Source: a virus (Duplodnaviria; Caudoviricetes). Taken from it: a DNA stretch of 33,685 nucleotides. Below are positions 15,182 through 22,503 of the stretch, in pieces (position 1 is the stretch's first letter; every line of letters begins with the position of its first letter). The position numbers and the translations under genes are program-made. The notes beneath the pieces are model-generated. The model ran no database searches. It had not been told where the DNA came from and saw nothing but the letters and a program-made list of their open reading frames with translations. The stretch covers positions 1 through 33,685 of IMG/VR virus record IMGVR_UViG_3300031758_000299. One strand, given 5' to 3'.

Positions 15182-15467
15182 TGACGAACCACACGCCTAG
15201 CCCTTGGCGCCTTGAGCCCGCAGAAGTCGGCGGCCGGGTGATGGGGCGACCATTGTGCATGTCCCTCCGGGCAATCCAATGAACCCGGAGGTCTACGCAG
15301 ACGCTCGCCTGATATCGGCCGCACCGGACTTGCTGGAAGCGTGCCGCGCTTTTCTCGCTTACCACGATGCGGACGGCGAATCCGACGTTGAAATGATGCT
15401 CAACTATGCGGATGCCGTGGAAGCTGCCAAGGCCGCCATCCGCAAGGCCACCGGGGAGCCCTCCTGA
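15181..15467 (+). pseudogene. Frameshifted second TPGPW...ARLIAAAP family gene
   Basis: MTNHTPSPW is in the 15181 frame; DGATIVHV...ADARLISAAPDLLEAC...AKAAIRKATG is in the 15255 frame. Confidence 0.65.
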
Positions 15468-15931
15468 TGCGCCCCCGTCGCATAGATCGCGAGCCCCCAT
15501 CCCGCACACCCAAGGTGCGGGATGGAGATAGCGCCGGGCATCTCCGCTTCGTCCGCACGTTGCCCTGCGTCGCGTCGGTCGCGTGCGGTGGGCAGTTGGG
15601 CGGGCCGGCGGGTGGAGAGGCGCACCACCTGCAGGGCCACGCCGTCGGGCATGGCATCGGCCGGCGGGCAGAGGACCGGTGGACGATCCCGGTATCCCGA
15701 GCGGTCCATGCGTGGCTACACGTCCCGACCCCGCACGTCCCGGACCACGGGCCCGCCAGCCCTCACGATCGTCTGCGGATGCTCGGGTTCGACCCGATCA
15801 CGCTCGCCACCGAACTGTGGAAGCACACCGGGGACGAAGAGAAGGCGTTGCGGGCGCTGTACCGGGTGGCGTTCAACAGCGCGCCGGCCGAAACCCGGAT
15901 GCTGCTTCGCCGGCTGGGGGTGGTGCCATGA
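15467..15931 (+). CDS. DUF968-like putative HNH-type nuclease
   Basis: HLRFVRTLPCV...C...EAHH...GIG...D.W.IP.; the usual PLC Cys is replaced (IPVS). Confidence 0.65.
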   Translation: MRPRRIDREPPSRTPKVRDGDSAGHLRFVRTLPCVASVACGGQLGGPAGGEAHHLQGHAVGHGIGRRAEDRWTIPVSRAVHAWLHVPTPHVPDHGPASPHDRLRMLGFDPITLATELWKHTGDEEKALRALYRVAFNSAPAETRMLLRRLGVVP

Positions 15932-16371
15932 CGGCGTTCAAGGCCACGTATTCCGACTTCAAGGTCATCCGCGGCCGGAAGGTTGCGCAGATCATCTTGG
16001 AAGTCCCGCTGGAGCAAGCCGACGAAGCCCTCACGGTGCTTGGCGGGGTTCCCCGGCCGGATCAAGAGCGGTGGGTCGGCGTCGCCAGGATTGATCCCAA
16101 CGCCGCGAAGGCCGCGCCGGAAGTCGCTGGCGAGCCAACGCCTCCGAAGGGCGGGAAGTATGCGAAGCGCGCCGGCATCGTGTGCAATGAGCCGGGCTTC
16201 TGGACGTTCATAACGGAAATCTTCCCACAGGCTCGCCACCACGGCAACGCGGCAGAGTTCGTTAGATCATACTGCGGCGTCAAATCGCGCTCAGACTTGG
16301 ATCACAACGAAGAAGCCCAGCGGCGCTTTCGTGGATTGGTGGCTGATTACGAATTCTGGCGGCAGACATGA
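15928..16371 (+). CDS. Conserved phage hypothetical protein
   Basis: MTAFKATYSDFKVIRGRKVAQIILEVPLE...AGIVCNEPGFWTF...VRSYCGVKSRSDL. Confidence 0.75.
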   Translation: MTAFKATYSDFKVIRGRKVAQIILEVPLEQADEALTVLGGVPRPDQERWVGVARIDPNAAKAAPEVAGEPTPPKGGKYAKRAGIVCNEPGFWTFITEIFPQARHHGNAAEFVRSYCGVKSRSDLDHNEEAQRRFRGLVADYEFWRQT

Positions 16372-16466
16372 CCTCCGAAGACATCGCGGCCTTAGTCGCC
16401 GCAGCCCTACGCCACGCGGACAACCCGCAACTGCCAGTCCACAAGATGAGGAGGCATGAGGAATGA
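16368..16466 (+). CDS. Mini-ORF (32 aa)
   Basis: MTSEDIAALVAAALRHADNPQLPVHKMRRHEE; ATGA on both sides. Confidence 0.35.
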   Translation: MTSEDIAALVAAALRHADNPQLPVHKMRRHEE

Positions 16467-16912
16467 GTGAGATCGACTGGAAGGCCCGCGCCGAATCAGC
16501 CGAGGCCCGCGAGGCCGTGCTGCTTGACCTTATCCGGCGGATGCCGCAGACCTTGGTGGCGCAACCCGGCAAGGTGTCTAGCGAAATGACGCTGACATTG
16601 GCCGATCTTGGTCTCGCCGCCGCTGCCCGTGACGCCCGTATCCGTGAAGAGGGACGGCGGGAGGGGATCGAGGAGGCGGCGGGGGTAGCGACATCCCCTA
16701 AGCACGTCGCGCCAGTTTGCCCCTACGCGAACGATCAGCCGGGCGACCCGACATGGACGCACACGGACAAGGACGTTTGCCCGGTGTGCAAGAAGACGGG
16801 GGAGAATAGCGCTGGGCACTGCACCGTATATGTTGGCGGGCGCATCTCCACCGCCATCCGCGCACTCCTCGACCCCGAAGCCGTGCTAAAGATGATGGAG
16901 GATGGGCGATGA
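16463..16912 (+). CDS. Modular array protein with Cys-rich insert
   Basis: WKARAESAEAR...REGIEEAA-[CPY...CPVC...C]-IRALLDPEAVLKMMEDGR. Confidence 0.75.
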   Translation: MSEIDWKARAESAEAREAVLLDLIRRMPQTLVAQPGKVSSEMTLTLADLGLAAAARDARIREEGRREGIEEAAGVATSPKHVAPVCPYANDQPGDPTWTHTDKDVCPVCKKTGENSAGHCTVYVGGRISTAIRALLDPEAVLKMMEDGR

Positions 16913-17181
16913 CGGTCTATCGCATCAGCCACGCTCCTCGGTTCGCGATCAGCACGAAATGGGACGGAGGCGAGGATGCCCCGCCGCACATCTCCCGCCG
17001 CACGAAGCGCGGATCGGTGTCGAGCGCGCCGCAGACTTTTTACGGCGACACCCTGCCGCTCGCTGAGGTCGTGCGCCTGATGGAGTGGGCATACGACGTT
17101 GGAGTGAGGGACGCCAAGGGCGCGGTGCGATCAGCGATCGGGCTTGGCGCGTTCGACGATGACGGGGAGGACGGGCGATGA
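16909..17181 (+). CDS. Hypothetical protein (array)
   Basis: ATGA-coupled; ends EDGR. Confidence 0.7.
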   Translation: MTVYRISHAPRFAISTKWDGGEDAPPHISRRTKRGSVSSAPQTFYGDTLPLAEVVRLMEWAYDVGVRDAKGAVRSAIGLGAFDDDGEDGR

Positions 17182-17549
17182 ACGATGATCCGAAGTGCCC
17201 GCCGGAAGGGCTGGACATTGTCAGGCGTCTCCGCAGCATCGCCCGAGCAATCACATACTCTTCGGATGCCGCTGAAAATAGGCATGAGTGGGAGGCCGCC
17301 GACGAGATCACCCGCCTCCGGAGCGAGGTGGCGCGGCTGACGGCCGAGCGGGACAAGGCGCTGACCGTGGCCGTGGTGTTGAACGAGACGGACACGCGGG
17401 CCGACCGCCACGCCCGCGACATCGCCGTGGTGGAGGCGGCGCTGGAGGCGGCGATGGATGCGGTGAGCGACAACGGTTGCGACAACGTGGGTGCCATCTA
17501 CTACCTCGACCCCGAGGCTGTGCTCAAAGCGATGGAGGAGGGGCGATGA
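17178..17549 (+). CDS. Modular array protein (Ead/Ea22-like coiled coil)
   Basis: MNDDPKCP..DIVRRLR...EAADEITRLRSEVARL...DRHARDIAVVEAALEAA...LDPEAVLKAMEEGR. Confidence 0.75.
   Translation: MNDDPKCPPEGLDIVRRLRSIARAITYSSDAAENRHEWEAADEITRLRSEVARLTAERDKALTVAVVLNETDTRADRHARDIAVVEAALEAAMDAVSDNGCDNVGAIYYLDPEAVLKAMEEGR
17304..17453 (+). repeat. 150-bp direct repeat, copy 1 (copy 2 at 21017-21166; split copy at 19331-19387 and 19667-19723)
   Basis: The last 93 nt differ from 21074-21166 at 4 positions by manual alignment. Confidence 0.9.
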
Positions 17550-17824
17550 TCGGATGCAAGTCCTGCGCGAACGACCCCGATCCGGTCAACGGCGTCACCT
17601 ACCTCGTCTGCACGAAGGGCGACAGGTGCCGAGAGCGTCTCGCCATCACCCTCCTAGACCGCATCGGAGAGCATGCGGCAGACGCGCTGATCGCGGGGAT
17701 GGCGTGCGTAGTGCCGGTTGAGCCTACGTGGGAGATGAACGAAGCGTGGCTTGACCCCCAGCCCGGCAACTGGCCCGCCATGATCGCCGCCGGTCGGCTC
17801 AAGGCGATGGAGGAAGGGCGATGA
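17546..17824 (+). CDS. Modular array protein
   Basis: CKSC...C...C N-terminus plus LDRIGEHAA...VVPVEPTWEM...WPAMIAAGRL. Confidence 0.7.
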   Translation: MIGCKSCANDPDPVNGVTYLVCTKGDRCRERLAITLLDRIGEHAADALIAGMACVVPVEPTWEMNEAWLDPQPGNWPAMIAAGRLKAMEEGR

Positions 17825-18012
17825 CGGACGCCGATTTGGCGACAATGACGGTCGATGCGATCGTCCCCCGCTTGCTTGATGAGGTGGAGAGGTTGAGAAG
17901 CGAGAACGCCGCCCTGAAGGAACGCGTCAGGGTCGCCGAGGCGTTCATGGGCTGGGAAATGCGCGACATAGAAGACGCCGAATCCGTGCGCGAGGAGAGG
18001 CCCGGTGACTGA
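17821..18012 (+). CDS. Small Ead/Ea22-like coiled-coil protein
   Basis: VPRLLDEVERLRSENAALK. Confidence 0.65.
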   Translation: MTDADLATMTVDAIVPRLLDEVERLRSENAALKERVRVAEAFMGWEMRDIEDAESVREERPGD

Positions 18013-18184
18013 CGACCCCAATCAATCGGCTTTCAACGGGCTACTAACCACCGCCGCCCTGTGCCTCGCGGTGGTGGTGTGGTCGCTATTCGGGGGCGAC
18101 GTCGCGCTCAAGGTCTTCGTGCATATCGGGCTTGCGGCAATGCTGGCGTGGTGGCTGTACGTCGTTGTGACGATTGACAAGTGA
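18005..18184 (+). CDS. Two-TM membrane protein (59 aa, not in track)
   Basis: GTG start; MTDDPNQSAFNGLLTTAALCLAVVVWSLFGGDVALKVFVHIGLAAMLAWWLYVVVTIDK. Confidence 0.6.
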   Translation: MTDDPNQSAFNGLLTTAALCLAVVVWSLFGGDVALKVFVHIGLAAMLAWWLYVVVTIDK

Positions 18185-18252
18185 GGCCACTTGACGCGCC
18201 AGCACGGCGCGCGCGCATAACGCTCTGACCACTGACCAAGAGAGAACACCTC

Positions 18253-18903
18253 ATGCTGTTTCGTTTCCTGTCTCAGGCCGACCTGGCCGACCACCTGACA
18301 AACTTCTGCGTCACGCCCCGCGCGACCGATGCGAAGGACTTCACCCGCGGCTACCGCCAGGCGCTCAAGGACGCCGGTGCCCTGGTCCGCGTGGCCGACT
18401 TGCCCGAGCCGCAAACAAGCGAGCAGCAGTTCCTCGCCCTGGCGAACAAGTTCCAGGTCGCGAGCGTCAGCATCCAGCGCGACATGGCACGCACCCTGTA
18501 CATCGTGATCCTGGCGAACGGGTGGACGTTCAACACCGGCCCGGCGAACGGTAAGAATTCGTTTACGTTCGCCAGTCCTGAGCACGCCATCGCGGACACC
18601 ACGCGGCACACGCGGTGTGCCGAACCGGTTGACGCCCTCGTCGCCGCGCTCGAGGACGCCACGCGGTGTGCCGAACCGGTCGACGCCCGCGACGTGGCGA
18701 TGGTCAAGGCGGGGATTGAGGCGGCTGCGAAACTCCACGACGACCACGCCGACAGGCTTGCCGAATCTGCCCGTCGATACCGGGCGAACACCGGCGAGCC
18801 CGACGGGCCGCGCATCCATGCGGCCGAGGACCACCGCGAGAACGCGAAGGCTATCCGCGCGATCAACGCCGAGGCCGTGCTCAAGGCGATGGTCGATGAC
18901 TGA
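18253..18903 (+). CDS. Modular array protein
   Basis: Unique N-terminus plus ARDVAMVKAGIEAAA...AIRAINAEAVLKAM. Confidence 0.7.
   Translation: MLFRFLSQADLADHLTNFCVTPRATDAKDFTRGYRQALKDAGALVRVADLPEPQTSEQQFLALANKFQVASVSIQRDMARTLYIVILANGWTFNTGPANGKNSFTFASPEHAIADTTRHTRCAEPVDALVAALEDATRCAEPVDARDVAMVKAGIEAAAKLHDDHADRLAESARRYRANTGEPDGPRIHAAEDHRENAKAIRAINAEAVLKAMVDD
18609..18688 (+). repeat. 29-bp direct repeat (18609-18637 and 18660-18688), 1 mismatch
   Basis: CACGCGGTGTGCCGAACCGGT(T/C)GACGCCC twice, 51 bp apart, in frame (TRCAEPVDA x2). Confidence 0.85.
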
Positions 18904-19141
18904 ACCTGATCTGAGCGAGTTCGGTTTCGGGCGTCTGAAGCCGAAACCGTCGAACCAGCGTGCCCTCGACATCGCCAACGCGGTGATCGAACTCGTCGAG
19001 GCACACCAAGAACTCAACAAGGCCCGAGACTCGGTGCCCGACTACACCGCTCAGTGGTCGAACGAAGACTACTACGGCTCCGAGCAAGAAGCCTTCTATC
19101 GCGCCGCCACCAAGCTGCAGGAGGTGATCGATGCAACGTAA
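18896..19141 (+). CDS. Hypothetical protein
   Basis: MTEPDLSEFGFGRL...VPDYTAQWSNEDYY. Confidence 0.7.
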   Translation: MTEPDLSEFGFGRLKPKPSNQRALDIANAVIELVEAHQELNKARDSVPDYTAQWSNEDYYGSEQEAFYRAATKLQEVIDAT

Positions 19142-19177
19142 GAACGTCGAAGCGGCGCTCGACGCGAAGAGCGGGCG

Positions 19178-19849
19178 ATGACGCGGGCGTTGGTGGCGGA
19201 TGACGGGGCGGGTGACGTGGACATCGTGGACATGCTGCGCCCAATGCCCCAGACGCCCGACCTGATTTCGTGCGGCGTGCAGGCGAAGTATCTGCGCCAA
19301 GCCGCAAACGAGATCGTGCGGGACCGAGCCGAGATCACCCGCCTCCGGGGCGATGTGGAGCGGCTGACGAAGGAGCGGGACGAGGCGCGGGACTTCGCCC
19401 TGCGAAAGTCTAAGGAGGCGTTTGAAGGCAATGCCGGTGCCGTGAATAAGCTGGGTCTGAACGCAATGGACGTTCATCCCATTCTCATGGCCGTCCAGAC
19501 GTGGAACATTTCCACAGGCCGGGCGAGGGAGCTTATCCGCTGCTGGGTCCTGGGGACCTTTGCGGAAGACATGCTCCCGACCGGGGGTGAAGACCTGGGC
19601 ATCGCGGAAGACGATGACCCGGCGGATGTGCTGCGATCAACCCGCGCCCGCGCCGACGCGGCCGAGGCCGACCGCCACGCCCGCGACCTCGCCGTCGTGA
19701 AGACTGCGCTGGAGGTGGCGGCGGGGGTGGCCGAGACCGACAAGCATCGGTTCGAGCAATACTACGGGCCGACGGCACAGGGGTCTTACATCGCAAAGAC
19801 TGTCCGCGCCATCGACCCCGAAGCCGTGCTCAAGAGGATAGAGGAGTGA
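19178..19849 (+). CDS. Modular array protein
   Basis: DIVDMLR...QAANEI...EITRLRGDVERLTKERDEA-[insert]-DRHARDLAVVKTALEVAA...VRAIDPEAVLKRIEE. Confidence 0.75.
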   Translation: MTRALVADDGAGDVDIVDMLRPMPQTPDLISCGVQAKYLRQAANEIVRDRAEITRLRGDVERLTKERDEARDFALRKSKEAFEGNAGAVNKLGLNAMDVHPILMAVQTWNISTGRARELIRCWVLGTFAEDMLPTGGEDLGIAEDDDPADVLRSTRARADAAEADRHARDLAVVKTALEVAAGVAETDKHRFEQYYGPTAQGSYIAKTVRAIDPEAVLKRIEE

Positions 19850-19853
19850 CCCC

Positions 19854-20060
19854 ATGAGCAAATTCACCATCGGCGCGATCGTCGCCGTGATGGAAGACCA
19901 GACCGTGGTCCGACAGGACGTCGTCACGAAGGTCTACAAGACGGGCAACTTCACGCTGCGCGACAGCGACGATCACCTGTCCTGGAACGATGGGTGGAAC
20001 GCCGCGGCCGACGCCGCCGCGGAAGATGACGACGAAGGACGGGAGGGAGCGGATGAATAG
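19854..20060 (+). CDS. Hypothetical protein
   Basis: GAGGAG RBS; MSKFTIG...VTKVYKTGNFTL...WNDGWNAA. Confidence 0.65.
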   Translation: MSKFTIGAIVAVMEDQTVVRQDVVTKVYKTGNFTLRDSDDHLSWNDGWNAAADAAAEDDDEGREGADE

Positions 20061-20253
20061 GAGACCCCTCGTGGGTGGGCTCGGGATCGCGGTCGCCATG
20101 GCGCTCGCGGCGGTGGAGCGGAAGCGCGCGGCCCCGCCCGAAACTGGCGAAGGCAAGAGCGCCACGGAGCCTACCACCGCCCCGCCCGACGAGACGTGGA
20201 GCCGCCAGCGGCGCCGCGCCTGGGAGCGCAAGCACGGAAGGACCGCCCGATGA
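20053..20253 (+). CDS. Small protein with hydrophobic N-terminus
   Basis: MNRRPLVGGLGIAVAMALAA...SRQRRRAWERK. Confidence 0.55.
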   Translation: MNRRPLVGGLGIAVAMALAAVERKRAAPPETGEGKSATEPTTAPPDETWSRQRRRAWERKHGRTAR

Positions 20254-20672
20254 GTGGCAAGAGGATCATCGACGGGTTGAACGAGGCACTCGCCCATGCG
20301 TCGTCTCCCGTCGCCGACGTGTTCGCCCGCGTGCAGCGCGTCGCGGCCCCCGACCCGGAGCTCGATCAGGCGATCTTCGCGGCCGTCTACGGGTGGTCGT
20401 TCCCGCTCCATGGGGCGGCGGTGTCCGACTACATCTCCCGCGGGCGCCCCGCCTACACCGCAACCCTCGACGCCGCGCGGACGCTGATTCCACCCGAGCA
20501 CTCGTTCGCCCTGTTCGACCACGACGCCAAGCTCGGCGGGAGTGCAGGAGCGAAGGTCGGCCACCGCACGGCCCGGGCCGAGGATGTGCCGTGGGTCTAC
20601 CATCCCGACCCCGTGCTGGCGCTCTGTGCCGCCGCCCTCATGGCCCGGATGGCGATGGAGTGCGGACGATGA
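20250..20672 (+). CDS. Phage ABA-sandwich-like protein
   Basis: PDPELDQAI...PAYTATLDAARTLIP...PVLALCAAALMAR. Confidence 0.6.
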   Translation: MSGKRIIDGLNEALAHASSPVADVFARVQRVAAPDPELDQAIFAAVYGWSFPLHGAAVSDYISRGRPAYTATLDAARTLIPPEHSFALFDHDAKLGGSAGAKVGHRTARAEDVPWVYHPDPVLALCAAALMARMAMECGR

Positions 20673-21334
20673 ACGATGATCCGAAGTGCCCGGCGTGCGT
20701 GCAGATTGGCCTCAACCTGCCGATGCTTCCGCCGCCTCATACCTGCCGCCCCGGCTGCGTGCGGGCGGCGGGGACGGAGGGCGGTGCGCAGTCGCGTCAC
20801 GTCCCGTATCGGCCGGTGTCGTTCGCCGAGCGGGCGCACGTCGTCGCGGAGTTCGCGGGGCGTGAACCCGAGCGGCACATGGCAAACTATATTGTCAGAG
20901 CCCGGTCCGAGATCGTCCGCCTGCGCGCCGAGAACGAGCGGATGGAGGATGCCGGACGCCACCATGCGTCGGAACTGCGACTGGCAGTGCTGGCAGAGCG
21001 CGCTCGCCATCACAGCGAGATCACCCACATCCGTGCCGAAGTGGAGCGGCTGACGAAGGAGCGGAACAAGGCGCTGGCCGTGGCCGTGGTGTTGAACGAG
21101 ACGGACACGCTGGTCGACCGCCACGCCCGCGACATCGCCGTGGTGAAGGCGGCGCTGGAGGCGGCGGCAGGATCGGCGAAGACCATCATCCTGGCTCACC
21201 CCATCGGGGTCGGCCTGCGCGGCATGTCCGCTGTCGTGAGCGATCGGGACGGGGCGATCGCCGATAAGGTGGAAACCAGCATCCGCGACCTCGACCCCGA
21301 GGCCGTGCTCAAGGGGATGGAGGATGGGCGATGA
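20669..21334 (+). CDS. Modular array protein (paralog of 17178-17549)
   Basis: MNDDPKCP...EITHIRAEVERLTKERNKALAVAVVLNETDT.VDRHARDIAVVKAALEAA...LDPEAVLKGMEDGR. Confidence 0.75.
   Translation: MNDDPKCPACVQIGLNLPMLPPPHTCRPGCVRAAGTEGGAQSRHVPYRPVSFAERAHVVAEFAGREPERHMANYIVRARSEIVRLRAENERMEDAGRHHASELRLAVLAERARHHSEITHIRAEVERLTKERNKALAVAVVLNETDTLVDRHARDIAVVKAALEAAAGSAKTIILAHPIGVGLRGMSAVVSDRDGAIADKVETSIRDLDPEAVLKGMEDGR
21017..21166 (+). repeat. 150-bp direct repeat, copy 2
   Basis: Matches 17304-17453. Confidence 0.9.
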
Positions 21335-21726
21335 CGCGGGATGAACTGGAGCGCAAGATCGGCCACCACGTCGCGTTCGCGATGACGGGCAACCGGATGC
21401 CGGACATGAGCGGCGACGCCCGCAACCGGCTGAGCCCGATGCAACGTCGGAACTGCGATCACGCGGTTGAGGCCATCATTGACCACCCCCGCATCGCCCG
21501 CGCCCTCGCCGTCATCGACCGGATCGGCGACGAGGCGGCCGAGGCGATCCGCGAGGGGCGGGCAGCGGTGGTGCCGGTGGAGGCGACGGATGCGATGTAC
21601 GGCGCAGGTGGCCCAGAAATGGGGGACTACGGTCACATGGACCCAGACGACGACGTGTACGGTGACCAAGCGAAAGTGTGGTCCGCCATGCTCGCCGCCG
21701 GCCGTCTCGACCGGGGAGGAGCGTGA
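21331..21726 (+). CDS. Modular array protein (paralog of 17546-17824)
   Basis: IDRIGDEAA...AVVPVEATDAM...WSAMLAAGRL. Confidence 0.75.
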   Translation: MTRDELERKIGHHVAFAMTGNRMPDMSGDARNRLSPMQRRNCDHAVEAIIDHPRIARALAVIDRIGDEAAEAIREGRAAVVPVEATDAMYGAGGPEMGDYGHMDPDDDVYGDQAKVWSAMLAAGRLDRGGA

Positions 21727-22223
21727 TGGTATCTGAGCGTCAGCGGGCGGCGGCCGAGCGGGCGGCTCGCGTCAAGGCGCTGTTTGAGAAGGGCCTCGAC
21801 GACGATCAGATCGCAGCGGCGATGGGGTCCACGCGAGACGCGGTGCGGACGGTGAGGTTCCGCAACGGCCTAGCGATGGACCCAGCGGCGAAGCGGGCGA
21901 AGCTTGTGCAGGCGGCCAAGTCCAGCGTCCGCGGTCGGGCCTCCGCCGAGCGTGCGGCGCAGATTAAGGCCCTGTTCGATCAGGGGCTAGATGACGCCGA
22001 GATCGCGGCCGAAATCGGCACGAACAAGGACACCGTGAGAGCGACGCGCAGCCGCCTAAAGCTCGCGCTACCGGCCGATGAGGTGTTGCGCCGTCGCCAG
22101 CTGGCCGCACGATCCGCCGGGGAGACGCTACGCTCCGGGGCGTTCCCGAGTGACCGCGTTCGCCCCGCACCCGACGTCAGCCACCTCTATCGCGGGCGGC
22201 GGTACGACCGGGTGGGTGCGTGA
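21726..22223 (+). CDS. Double-HTH protein (internal duplication)
   Basis: AERAA.(V/I)KALF..GLDD..IAA..G...D.VR..R occurs twice; ends DVSHLYRGRRYD. Confidence 0.8.
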   Translation: MVSERQRAAAERAARVKALFEKGLDDDQIAAAMGSTRDAVRTVRFRNGLAMDPAAKRAKLVQAAKSSVRGRASAERAAQIKALFDQGLDDAEIAAEIGTNKDTVRATRSRLKLALPADEVLRRRQLAARSAGETLRSGAFPSDRVRPAPDVSHLYRGRRYDRVGA

Positions 22224-22283
22224 TGAGGTGGGGAGGCTAAGGAGGAGGGTGGCTGAGTTGGAAAACGATATCTCAAACGCGAT

Positions 22284-22499
22284 CTAATCGCCGCCAGCCA
22301 CATCCGCCCCGCACGCCGCATAGCCCGCCCTCGCCGCCACCTGATGCAGAGAAAGCGCGTGCCCTGTCAGTTGGTGCGCGAGGTCCAGTGCCTTGGTGAC
22401 GGTGATGGGGATCAGGACAGGCTCAGACCCGTCGTTCCGAAACACCATCACTTCGATCTGGTCGCCATTCAGTCTCGGCGCGATAAACCACGTCACCAC
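22284..22499 (-). CDS. Hypothetical protein, last gene of the late operon
   Basis: 71 aa ORF after the holin; start uncertain. Confidence 0.5.
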   Translation of the reverse strand: MVTWFIAPRLNGDQIEVMVFRNDGSEPVLIPITVTKALDLAHQLTGHALSLHQVAARAGYAACGADVAGGD

Positions 22500-22503
22500 T
22501 GGG

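Noticed and set aside
18174-18221. Internal promoter before gene 18253 (TTGACA/TTGACG ... CATAAC)
   Set aside because: Spacing to the best -10 is 19 nt or more; not convincing enough to call.
18022-19020. 332-aa minus-strand ORF
   Set aside because: Antisense to RBS-bearing plus-strand array genes; no recognisable motifs.
16868-21334. Integron attC sites or shufflon sfx repeats
   Set aside because: The repeats are direct, coding and non-palindromic, and no site-specific recombinase is present.
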